Position numbers and translations under genes: made by a program | Notes under the pieces: model-generated | Told to the model about the DNA's origin: nothing | Seen by the model: the letters and a program-made list of their open reading frames with translations, nothing else | Database searches by the model: none | Source: Cystobasidiomycetes sp. EMM_F5 | Taxonomy: Eukaryota | Direction: 5' to 3' | DNA: 64,000 nucleotides | Assembly: GCA_051047955.1 (NCBI GenBank) | Contig: JBPGPT010000008.1 | Location: 434,001 to 498,000, forward strand | Shown: positions 39,223 to 51,478 of the stretch, one piece after another | Layout of the letters: every line of letters starts with the position of its first letter | Position numbering within the stretch: position 1 is the first letter of the stretch

Positions 39223-39770
39223 TGTGACAGACACAGCATGAGGCAGTCACAAGTCAAGCAAGAGCAGGCCAATGTTTGGATGGCCGATGTGCCTGGATGC
39301 TCCAGGAGGACACCGACACGAGCATCTTGAATCTTTGACCAAGTACGCAAGTCGGTAAAGCGGACTGAATTTAACATCCTACGGCTGCAGGCTGGCACTC
39401 CTGGCACGGATGAATGCATCGCTGGGCGATACATTATTGAGTCGTGTGAAGCGACAAAGACCCGCAGGTCTGGGTACCGGGACATGAGGCAGCCGTCTCT
39501 GATGTTTCATACAGATCCGCGACACCTGATCGCACTCGTTGCCGCCCGTTGCCGGATCTCCGTATTATTGACAGACCTTGCTTGTTGACGGTTTTCTCCG
39601 CATTCCAGCCCGACAGCCCTGGCATATTGAGCATGCCTTGACCTGTGATTACCGGCATTTATTTACGGACTCTCGCACAGAGAAAAGTAGTGTGCTCACA
39701 TTTTGGCGGCTCATCTTTCTTCTGCTCCTCCTACTAATCTCGACCCACTACAGCTTCCCAAACATTCACC

Positions 39771-40477
39771 ATGTACAGCTGGCTAGCCGTCCTTAGTTTC
39801 GCCCACCTTGCATTCACTGGCGTTCAGGGTCAGGAATACACTGATGTGACCACTCCGAGTGGTGGATCCATCACAATTGCCAATTATCAACAGATAAATA
39901 CGGTTCGTCTGGCTGCAAATATCGCTGGGTGCAAGGCTGCATGCTCCGACCCAGACCTCAGTGAGTGTATACCACACTACTACAGCTGGGCGTCTATCAG
40001 TGTACTGAGGTACTTTATTATAACCAGACTGCATATTCACCACCTTTATTCAAGGCGGCTGCTACTTTTTCACTGACGGAGCGACATCGAGCTCGTTCGA
40101 TTCCAGATATCAGTTCACCTTCAAGTATGTGGTACAGATGATTGAGCGATACAACAATCTGTTTGCTGAAACTGGTATTGAACTCGATTTATGTCTTCCC
40201 ATCCATCCACAGGCTGGACGATGACCCTAGGACTCTTAACGGGCGTCAAGGAGCATGCTCGGCAGCCGCTGGAGACAGATGGACGACTGCACTTGTTCCC
40301 GGCACCACCAACAACTATTTAGTCACCTGTTCATGCGGGACCGGTCGATCTCCAGTCACTACCAATGCCTGTGCTGCAATGCTGCCCTCGATGCGCGCTC
40401 GCCTACGTCAGCGTGCCATGATTGAGCCAGCCAAGAGAAACGTTGACGAGCTGCACGATGCGACAGTGCAGTGGTAA
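39771..40477 (+). CDS. Small secreted cysteine-rich protein with PAN/apple-like motif, paralog B
   Basis: Signal peptide MYSWLAVLSFAHLAFTGVQG|Q; introns 39961-40027 and 40125-40212 give ...AGCKAACSDPDLNCIFTTFIQGGCYFF...TCSCGTGRSPVTTNACAAMLPSMRARLRQ...DATVQW*. Confidence 0.8.
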
Positions 40478-40905
40478 AGGCAACCATCACGCGTCTGACG
40501 GGTGAATTTGACGGGGTGCTAGCCTGTGGAAGGACAGCTGCTACGACCCGTCGTGGGGGGCTAGATACACCACAGAAGTACGTTGGCCACGGAGAGCTGG
40601 AAGCAGCTTCGATATTCTGGATTGCTAAGTAGACGATACTTTCTTGCGCATGAGCGGCGCATTCAGTCGTTCAAACCTTTTACCGCTATGATAGCAGCAA
40701 TCTTTCTCTTGCAACCATTCCATCAATTCGAGTATTTATAAATGATCAAAGCCGACCAGCTCTCAATCGCTGTCCAAGGGATTGCTCTGCCAATGTGTAG
40801 CTGTGCCTGAATTGTCGGCCATGAAATCATGATCATTGACCAATCTTGACTCTGCGACAAGTCTTTGAAAACTGAGGCATATATATCCAACAACTACTTG
40901 CAACC

Positions 40906-42361
40906 ATGGCAGAGGTCGACACTCCGCAGCAGCCAGCAGAGAACGGCAGTGGGAGCAGCAAGTTGCCATCGTCGGTGACGAGGGTGTGAGCGATACAGGA
41001 TGAACGGGCTTCACAAGATGGCTCATATCGATATCCTTGCAGCTACAACGTCCCGCTCGTCAAGGACAGCGTAAACTACGCCGACAGCGTTTTGCGCAGC
41101 TACCCTCTATCGGCAGCCCTCTATCAGAAGACCGAAGCAGTCGCAACTGCTCTGTACAAGCGGGCTGGAGAGCCCATTCAGGACAAGCTGCAGCCTCAGG
41201 TGTGAACGGCTGATGCAACGCCTCTCAGCGTGTTCGCAATGTCTGATTTATTGTTCTTCAACGCGGTCAAATGACGTCCAGATTAACCAGCTGGACGGAC
41301 TGGCAAACAAGACGCTCGACTACGTGCAAGGCAGGGCTCCTTATGTGCGTAAACCAACGACTTTATCGAGGTTATACTCTACACTTGCTCACTCTTCCTA
41401 TTCAACCATCGTTGGCCTTCTCACCCAAAAATGAATGCGCATGAAATCCGCCGAACCCCTGAAAATACCGCGTCGGTATAAATTGCGTATGGCTTCATCT
41501 GCAGATTTTTGACGCAAAGACGGACGAGCTGGTAGCGACGGCACGCAAGCCAGCAGACCAGGCGTATGCCTCGGCAAAGGGTTATCAAGATGCAGTCTCT
41601 GCTCGGCTGCACGACACCCTCGTCGCATCGCAGCAGAGCATTGGTGGTCTGCAGGAACGCTTAGGATTGGCTGCTGCAAAGGTCCCCAAGTCAACTGCAG
41701 AGGCTCAGCAGGTCGCACAGCACCTCCTCGAGCACCTTGAGAGCTTGAAGAATGCCCTTCTCAAGCAGAGTCAGGATTTGGTGAGTACTGCGATTCCGAG
41801 ATGATGCGAGTCTGACGAACATGTTATCTCACGCGTCGTATGTGTCCTTGTGGTTATTCTTCAATCTCATCCCGTGGTCCTGCTTGCTCTACTGATTTTC
41901 ACCTGGTTATATAACACCTTCCTTTGCGACACCTTTGGCTCCCTGCACTAGCCCGCTCATGTCAGCAAGGCTGTTGAGCCCTACATTGCCAAGCTGCAAA
42001 AAGGCGCTTCCGAAGTAAAGGTCGAGGTGAGGGTGTTATTCACCTGTTCGTTTATGTGTGCTCCAGAACTGATCATGTCAAAAAACATACTCAACAGCTC
42101 GCCAAAAAGGATGTTCCAGTTCACTTACGGGCACAGCACATTATTGCTATCACTCGCGACATTACTGCCGACACGCTACACGAAGCACTCGAATCTGTCC
42201 GTTACTTCTCTCAGCAAATTACGCACAAGGCAGAGTCCGAGGCAAACAAGCCGAATGGCATCAGCGAGAATGGTCATCACGCCGTCGAGTCTACTGAGCA
42301 GTTTGTCGCTGAACATACGCCAGGCGATCATTCGTACGCCGAGGCAGTCAAGGAGAATTGA
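40906..42361 (+). CDS. Fungal perilipin-like lipid-droplet protein
   Basis: Spliced PLVKDSVNYADSVLRSYP...QPQ|INQLDGLANKTLDYVQGRAPY|IFDAKTDELVATARKPADQAY; amphipathic helical remainder typical of basidiomycete perilipins. Confidence 0.78.
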
Positions 42362-42624
42362 GCAGTCAGATCATGGAGAATGAGGACTCTGCTAGACTGT
42401 TGACCCGACCAGTTTATTACTCATATGCAATGTGTCTTCAGATAGAGTAGCTGTTTGATTCTGATTTGTTGCCATCACTTCGCTCAAGCCCGAAATACAC
42501 GACTGTACGGGATACAAGCCTGACTGTCAGCGCATCATTCCGGATTTTATCCGTTTCCTATTTCTCGGTCGTGATTCTTCTATTTTCTTTGTAGCGATCT
42601 CGCATTTCAATGAAATGAGACTGA

Positions 42625-44721
42625 TCACAGCTTGTAAGCACGACGTCTAATGTACTCAATAAGGGTACGGGTCGGACGTCCACTCATGCCGCCGCTGATA
42701 TCGTACGCTGCAGAACCTTTGCCCATTTGCATGCAGCCTGCAATATCCATATGTGCCCATGATAGGGCAGGCTTGAAGACTTCGTCGTCATCGTTGCTCG
42801 GCTCGGCTTTATCATCCGGTAACAGACCGTCAATGAATTCTTTGAGGAACACGGCTGCGATTGCACTGCCACCTGCACGGCCGCCTGCAAGGTTGAGATG
42901 TACAGAGTGTCAATTGGTCACCAATAGTAAGGCGCCGACAGGACTTGTGGACTTACCGGTATTGCAGAGATCTGCATTCGTCTTGTTGATGTATTCCTTG
43001 TATAGCGGATCCATACTGAATCGCCAAATTCGGTCATGCTCCCTCTCGCCGGCAATGTTGAGGTCATTCCAGAGCTTGTCACTACCACCCCCTCACGGCA
43101 TCAACGCTAGCACCAGCAAATATACAAAGAGCGTCAGAACTTACTCTGAGCAGAATACGCCGGAGAAGATGTCGGCAACTGTTACGACCATCGCGCCCGT
43201 CAGGGTGGCTGTATCAATAACTACGTTGGGCTTGTATTTCGAGGTGGCATAGAACAGCGCATCAGCGAGGACGAGACGGCCTTCTGCGTCTGTGTTGTCG
43301 ACCTGCAGTAGACGAGCGATCAGGACAAGAAAGCAGACCTGGATAGCCGTTGAAATTTGGCATACCTCGATGGTCTTGCCATTCATTGCCGTGACAATGT
43401 CGCCAGGGTGAGTAGCCTTGCCTGAGAGCGGGAGGATCAAGTCTGAGCAAGACAGTAAAGGAAGGTGTAGTTTTGCTCACCCGAGGGCATGTTATCGGTC
43501 AACGGCGTGCACAGAACCATGTTGATTGGCATCTTGAGCTTGGCAATCGCCCATAGTGCAGAAACGACTGTTGCGGCGCCTCCCATGTCCGCCCTCATTG
43601 CCTTCATGTCTATGAAACGACATGTATCAGTTTGCTAGACTGCAAACGCTGTGCCGGGACAGTCATGACGTACCTGCACCGGGCTTCAAGCTGATTCCGC
43701 CAGAGTCGAACGTAATGCCTTTGCCTACAATGGCGACATCCTTCTTGTCTCCGCTACCCTTATCGCCAGTGTACAGGATCTCGACGAACTTGGGAGGCTC
43801 GTCACTGCCAGCGTTGACAGATAGGAACGCTCCCATGCCTTTCTCCTGCGCCCAAGCTAAAGCATAGAGGATAGGCATCAGAGATCTATGTCCGTATCGC
43901 ACATCGGTCATGGTTCGTGTAGAACAACTTACCTTTGTCATACACATTCACGATAATGTTATCGAGACCTTTGAACTCTTCTTGAATCTTTTCGGCAAAC
44001 ATTGTCGCCGTGAGTTTGTTGTGCGGGTTCTCCATGAGCTTTCTGGCCAGGTTCTGCGCCTCGGCATAGACCTCTCCTGTCGTCCAGTCGAGGTCGGACG
44101 ACGGTGATTTAGCTTCACCTGAAGCACCCAGTTGCGTCACGGCGATTGGCTTCTTCTTTTCAGCGTCTGCGCGGGATGTCCGCCAGTCGTACTTGAAGAG
44201 TGCGAGCTTTATGGCTGTCGCTGCAGCGTGTGCGTCCAGTCCGCCGTCGCTGGCATTACCGGACCCAGTCTCAATTTCAATCTGTTTTCATGACACTATC
44301 AGCTTGCCCAGTTGTAACGCCATCTCGTCCATCTCACCTCTGACACGCCGACATCTCTGAGCGCCTTTGCTCCAAGTGCCGCGACCACTCTGGACCTCTC
44401 GAGTAGCTCATTCTCAGACAGGCCTTTCGTCTTGCCAGCACCGACCAGAGCGAGCGTCGTGTCCTTGTTGGGGCCCTGCGCATAAAAGATACGAGTCTCG
44501 CCCGGTCTTGGTTTGGCGTTGCTGCCGGTCCAGAGGGCTGCAGTGTCGAGGCCGTCGAGCACTTTGGCGGACGCTGATGACGATGCGAGGTACGGCTGAC
44601 CGTCTGGGCGTACGGGAAGGATGAGTCCGCGAGCCATGGTTGCGGTGGACGTGGTCAGTGTGCGGACGAGGTGTGAGACTGACGATAACGCTGAAGCTGA
44701 CGGGGTGCTCAGTCGTAGCAT
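42625..44721 (-). CDS. Leucyl (cytosol) aminopeptidase, peptidase family M17; second in-frame ATG at 44637
   Basis: [60 protein letters not shown]. Confidence 0.95.
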
Positions 44722-45193
44722 GTGAGGGTCAACGATGACCGCGTGCAGGCGACGAGCGGAGTGTTTTGAGATTTCGAACGATTTGTTTATTATACGGCTG
44801 ACTGCGAATACTGATGGACACTGATCTTGTTCAGATGGACCGCTCACTATAGCTAAACAGCGCAGACTTGGGTCAAGGTCGCACTTGTCCTGCAGGATAA
44901 ATCTGTGCTAAATATACGCGTGTAGCTGGCTGAGGAGTTTGCCTCCATCTCGCAACGATGGTAAAAGCATACTGTCAGGTTCCCTGCGACGGCTACCATC
45001 ACTCCAGCTGCTCCCTGGCTATCGCGATGGACGCACATAAACACATTTCAATCCGCATGGGAATGCACGTGTTTTTTTCGGCATCTAGGACATCACTGAT
45101 CCCCTGATGGACAGAAGCACAGCAAAGTGCAAATTAAAGGCTTGACTGTGCTTAGCGTCCAATCAATGACACAAACATAATCCTTCGATAACC

Positions 45194-47187
45194 ATGGGAA
45201 AGCCGACAGTCCTTGACGTCGTCTACAGTGAGCTCGGCAGGTGTCCAGACGAAGGTCTCGTCATCACCGGAGGCGATAGTACCGGATCCATTGGCGGCTT
45301 GCCCTCGTCCTCGCGAGGTGGAGGTACAAGCATCTTTGGTGGATCTGACGGGAGGAGTATCTTTAGCATCGACCGAAGCTCCGTCTTCTCCGGCATAAGC
45401 AAGATAGCAAGCGTCTTCTCGCAGCAGAGCTCTATCGGCGGAGACGGAATAGATGGACCTCGTAGGCTGCGAGCTACACACTCCTTCCTCGAAGAACACT
45501 CGGGCGAGACGGGAGACAGCGAGGAAGACGAAGACGACGATGATAGTGATGCTAGTTCGGTAGCCACAATCGGAGCGGCACCAGTCAAGCCGGTTGTCCT
45601 CGCGGACTACCAACCTCGTCCACGCAAGTCGGCACACTTCCTACACAGTTTGTCCAACGACCGCAACAAGATCACACTCGTCCTTGAGAGTATCGGTGCA
45701 AAAGATAAACCCATCTACGTCCAGGGCATATGCACAGACGTCAAGGGCAAGGTTCTTGTACGCTTACAGGAGGATGACGAGCAGGTGAAGGTGATATTAA
45801 AGGGTGGGCTATATTTTTAAAACAACATCAAGGTCTGTCGCTCACTTTAAATCTCCCCTGGACTAGGTACAACTCGCGCTGGAGTTCCGCAAGGCATAGG
45901 ATCCGGTATCGGATCATTGGCTGTAACGGAAGGTGACTCAGCCTAATCAATGACGAATAATTTGGCTGTGGTATCTCACACCTGTGCTGTTTCCAGACGA
46001 ATTTTTCAGTTCAAGCCAAGTCTTGTGGTCAAGGAAAGGAAGTGAACCTCGACCAAGTGCAGCCGGAGACTTGCGGGAATGGCTATTCAAACTACCTATC
46101 CCTGGTCAAACTCTCATCTCGAAGGCGAATCCGAAACCAGGTAGGCTGAATGTCTGTAACTAGCCATCAATTCCGCTGAATATACTCGCTTGTAGCGCAA
46201 TTACCACCTACCTTTACTCTCAACGCTGCCAAAGGAGATGTGGCTCCAGGAACTGTAGCTCTAGCATCCGTACAATAGTAAGTCAGCGCCGAACAGTAAA
46301 TCTACGGCCTCAGTACTAATCATGCCATTGTTACACTGTATCAGCTTCATCAAGGTCATAGTCACCAAAGCAAATCTGATGCGAAGTAAAGAAAGATTGA
46401 TTGCACCCATCGTCTATCTATCGCAAAACCCGCAACTCGACTGGCTTTCGCAAGAGCGACGACGAGCCATAGCTGATAACATGCCCATCGCCGGACCGCA
46501 ACGCGACTGGCATGCTCACACAGAGACGATTGTCTTCGAAAAGGCGCTCTTCAAGACTGCAAAGACAGCATATAAGCTTGAGCTGCTGGTCCCGTCACCG
46601 ATCAGGTTCGCCAGTGCGTTACAATCGCATGTCAAAATACAGCACCCGAGCTGACAAGCTCTGTTGCTACTCTGAACAGGACAAGAGATCATGCCTGTCG
46701 AAGTTAATGTTACATCCACCGACGTCACGGCGCTGGATCACCTTACGGCGGAAAACGTTGAAGTCCTGCTAATACAGCGATGTGTTGCCAGCAAGTGACC
46801 ATATCGTAGCGGACATACGCTCGCAGGAGCTGACTTTTTATCGTCTACGCAGAGGTCGGGCAGACGCACGGGCGTAAGGAGAACACGCTCGACAAGGCGC
46901 ATTTGGCATACTCGGATTCTGCCGTCTCAAATGGTGGTGGAGAATTTACGCGTAGTTTCTCTGGATCGCTCAACCTCCGGACAGCCAACGTTGTGTCTTT
47001 CAATCTCGACGCAATGCATCTGCAGGTAAGGCTTTCTGTACCTCTTGCTTCTATTAAGCTGACTTAGATACGTGTTGCATATCTACAGTATCGCATCATG
47101 GTCGGCTTAACAATCCCTGGTCAACTGACGGCATGGACCCATCTCGTCATTGGAATCGATAACATTCCCTCCCTGTATCGCGTATGA
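45194..47187 (+). CDS. Hypothetical protein, probably arrestin-like Ig fold
   Basis: Ser/acidic N-terminus, then spliced beta-rich segments (KPIYVQG..VKGKVLV, WLFKLPIP, LPPTF, IKVIVTK, LIAPIVY, SFNLDAMHLQ|YRIMV). Confidence 0.5.
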
Positions 47188-47310
47188 TGCCATATATCGA
47201 GTGCCATACTAACGTTGTTGTTTCGAGAAACCTATTTGTTGTCTATCTTCACTGATGCGGTCAAATGGCCGACTACGTGCTACTGTACTGCTCAACTAAC
47301 GAAGAGGTCA

Positions 47311-49069
47311 TCACGGATACCACGCTTTCCCACATACTGCCAAACAACCTCGCGTCCCTATGAGCGAGCTGCATAATGGTGCAGGATCCAGCTCATCACT
47401 AACGCTTATTCCGCCATCCAATTGTACAATCTGGGCATTCTGTATGACTGCAATGCGATCTAGTATTTCTCGTATGTCTTGAGCGCCGGTGAGGCTGACT
47501 CGGGCCGGCTGTAAGTCTATCAGGTCCAGATCTCTACGATGCTGCAGGTACTGAGGCTCGACAAAGTAGTAGCCGAAGTCGCTCATGTGAAAGACTTCGT
47601 GGCTGAGTCATACAAGAGCGGTGTATCAGTGTGGATTACCGAATGAAAGCGTATTGGCGATGCCTCACACTAATTGCTCGCCTCGATATTTATTGCCTGG
47701 ATGGATTACCTTGACTTTGTCGGCCATGATGACGTGTCTGCCCAATTTGCGGGCCAGATAGAGTATGACACTCATTTGTTTGCTTAGTTCGCTATATGTT
47801 CCTTCGAGGCGGGGAACAAGGAGTAATCTCGGTGCACGGCTAAAGTACTGGTTAGCGTCCGTCCACCTGTGACAATCCGAACACCCCACTTATAACTTAG
47901 ACAAGCGACAACAAACATATTGACATTAGAACTCACAAGTCCATTTGTTTGGCAACGAATGATTTTAGCCATGGCGTCTCGACACACGTCAAGTGGACCA
48001 TTGGTGGGTTACCCAGCTTCGGCAGACTAGCACCTTCATCCTCCTTTCGCATGTCATGCAGCATGTAATTGACAAAGTTGCGCTCGTCTAGGCGGTGGAC
48101 GCGGATATGCGCCGGATGGCTCTCGTGTCCAGTCTCAATGGCAGCCAGACTGTCAAAGAGTGTCGCGATTAGAATCAACAACACCGCAATGAGCATTCAT
48201 GATGTAACGACGTACTATCTATTCAGAGCTGTTTGATCCCAGTCAGGCCAGCGTCTATACTGTGCCTGCACAGTCTGCCAGAAGACCTTGTTTGCGGGTG
48301 TAGATTTGATCCAAACGAATCCAAAGTTGACAAGAGACCCATACCTCCTGTCTGGTTGTATCTGCACGTCCCAGTCGCCTTGTACAGGCAGCATGCTGTC
48401 AAACACATTCTTGTCACGCTTTAGGTAGACGTCGCCTGCGTAAATGCTCGCTTTAGAATGACTACAAGCAGCCAGAACGAAGGCTTACTGTCAATAAGCA
48501 GGAAGCTGATATCCAGTTCTAGCAAGTCGACTATAATACCCAACTACGTAATGGTTTTTGTTAAGTACGATGAAGCTAAGTCGAAACGACGGCGGACCTT
48601 TGCGGTAGCAACAGAAGAAGCTGCATATCCGTTGTATACGAGGATGTTGGTATTGCTGAATGCATCTTTGCAAGCTGCATCCAAGCACAGGACGAGTATA
48701 GGGTTGTGGTTGCCTTGCTTGTCAAGCGAGTACGCCAATTGCCGGGTCGAGTCTATGTAGTTGGCATCTCCAAGCGTGACTATTAGAGGCGTATGAAGTG
48801 AACTGTCTGGCGATATTGAAATAAGAACGTCTGCCAATTTAGCGACCTGTGGACGGCGGCTAGCCTGGATGGCGTTGCTCAGAGCCAACTAGAGCAACAC
48901 GAGCGAGTCAAAACAGCATCAATCACCGTAGGACAGCGTATGGACTGACTTGCGACGGCTGTGGAAAGAGCAATGACGGAAATCGCAGCAAGAGCAGCAG
49001 AGCAGCCAGCGAGAGCAGCGGAGTGAAGCGACCGTCCTGCAGCCTCTGCCAGACGGGACGACTGGCCAT
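47311..49069 (-). CDS. Type II membrane nucleotide-diphospho-sugar transferase (GT77-like, PF03407) with an additional C-terminal domain
   Basis: TM PLLSLAALLLLLRFP; LIVTLGDANY, LVLCLD, FLLID|GDVYL (DxD), NFGFVWIKST, WDQTALN, PMVHLTC. Confidence 0.75.
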
Positions 49070-49820
49070 CCGGGTCAGCCAGATTGGCGCATAGCAGCAG
49101 AAGCGTCAGTAGTCCATGTTCTTGAGCTGGCTAAGAAGCAGCCTGGGCCATGTTTGGTCGAATGAATCCAAAACAAGCACTACAATTGGAACAATACAAG
49201 CTGCAAGACTGATGCGCTAATCCTAATTACTGATGGGCACTGATGAATACTAACGATGCTGCTGCAGTCCTATTATCTGACGCTGCTTGCGGTCCCAAAA
49301 ACGCGTCACGGTCGCGTGGATGGAATACCCCTCATTCCAGCGGAAATGGCATGCCGAGTAAAGCACAGCAGAGCAGGCTGCTTGACTGAGTTATGTGCAG
49401 TCACTCGCAACTACGCGCATAGCACAGCCTATCATTCACTACGGCCCGATTTACCTCTACAGCTCTCCCTTGGCTGGGATTCCTTCTGAAAAGACTACGC
49501 GTCAAGAAAAGCTCATCGATTCCCTCTCTTCAGTCCAACAAGGAGTCTCTTCTACACCACCCCTACGTCCGTCAGTCCGTATTCTGCGCCGGCCAAGTCT
49601 GCAGACCCACGTCCACTTTCATTTACAGCCTGTCCCTGGCGACCCGCACAGTCCAACACACTCGCTTTGAAAACGCCCCGACGCCTTTGGCGCTCGAACC
49701 CTCCGCAGATTGCGACCAAAATCTTTTCAGTCGCCGTCGACCACAGCAACTTGGCCACCCATCGCGTCTGGCTTTCGACTTGCACCTGCTTGTTATCCGC
49801 CTTCCCGAAGAATCAGCACA

Positions 49821-51087
49821 ATGTTAAGGACATTCGCATATCTAGCTCTCTTGATGGTCAGCCTGGCCAAGGCTGACATCTCTACGATGCGAGGGACGAG
49901 TGCGTATAGCTTGTGCTGCAATGCTCTCGAGTTGTATGCACCAGACCTGACACTCCCCTATTTTATCAGTACCGGGGTCATTGCATTCGTGCGAAAACAC
50001 GACCTTTGTCTTTTTCGACACTCAAGACTCCGGGGCAAAGACCCTGCTGCTCGTATCCACTGCGGACGCCTCTAAGCTCGGAACGGGTGTCATTGCGCTC
50101 GATGACGCTCTAGCTGCCACCACTCCCTTACAGCAGGTCAAAGGCATCAGCACTCCCGACGCCGCTTCCTACAGTTTCGTCATTCAACTGGCTGCTGGAC
50201 AGTCATTCTCAACCTATGGATTCCTCAGCAATGGCCAAGGGAAGAATCTCAATCTCGATAGAAACGTGCAGACGGCTCTTCCAGGTGCTCTCAGCTGTCT
50301 TGGCTCGGCCGCCCCGCAATCGACACCCGCTGCTGCACCGGCAACCACCTCTGGCTTCGCGACGACTGTCAAGCCATCTGCTACCGTTACCTCCACAACG
50401 TAAGGCGTTCAGTTAATCCTCGACCTAATCATCAGCCTGATGTTGCCCCCTCAGAACCATTCCTACCACCCCCCCTGCTGCCGCTACAACTCCGGCAGCT
50501 CCATCGTCTGCATCGGTCGCGCCCACAGCAGCTTCCTCATCGTCCGCTTCAGCGGCCCAAGCGACCCCATCTACAGTCGTCATCGACACAACCTACCTTT
50601 TGGTGAGTTCGTTTCCGTATACGACCAATGCCTGGCTTAGGTTAAAGTTGCACGTCTGCAGACATCCTTCATCAATGTTGCAGAGGAGAAGACAACCGAC
50701 GGCAAGGTTTCTGCCAGGCAGATCCAAGGTGGCCACATCACCGGCAAAGTAAATGGGACGATCCTACCGTTCGGCAGCGCGCTGTTCCAGCCAAACCTCA
50801 CCGCAAGTACCGCATCACCTTCCGGAAACGCGTCCAACGCGTCTGCCGTAGCGCCTTCTATGCTTCTGTCCGCGACCTACTCTTTCATCACTACCGACAA
50901 TGCGGTCGTGTTCGCCATGGCCCAGACACCGCTGTCGAGGAATTACAGCACAGAAGCGCTGTTGATGGAATTTACAGCAACTGGCACGAACGCTTCCTTC
51001 TTCAGCAACCTGACCATCCTCGGCAAGGCGACCACCATCAATTCGACCTTGTTCAGGATCGATGCTTATACTGTCAATTCCATGTAA
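49821..51087 (+). CDS. Secreted protein: Cys-containing N-domain, Ser/Thr/Ala-rich linker, C-terminal DUF3237-like beta domain
   Basis: Signal peptide MLRTFAYLALLMVSLAKA; STPAAAPATT linker; IQGGHITGKVNGTILP...ATYSFITTDNAVVF; several NxS/T sites. Confidence 0.65.
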
Positions 51088-51478
51088 CATTGCCGCGAGA
51101 ACATGATGAAGAGGGAGGACGATGAGTGCAATAGAAATGGAAACTGGTTTTCCCTAGAGCGGTATTCTTGGCACTCTTCGAGCTCGTAATCCTATGTAAC
51201 CAGTGTTTGTTGTCATGAGATAGCGCAGTATCCCCTTAATAACAGACACTGTCCTGCTTTGTCAGTCTATTGAGTTTGACTTCGAGTCCTTGCTTCACGC
51301 CCGATACAATCATCCGCATGCACCCCAGCCCAACATTGCTTGCGCATGTATTGGGAACAGTATCAAGAGCAATTTATTTTACAGAAAGTCACTCGAGTCA
51401 ATCACACTGCCAACTAAGCAAGACTGCAGACGAAGAGTCAGCTGCGCCCCTTCCATACTACACCCGTCCAGGGTACAC

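Noticed and set aside
45066..45071. CACGTG E-box in the LAP/arrestin-like intergenic region as a Pho4 site
   Set aside because: A single hexamer is expected by chance in 64 kb
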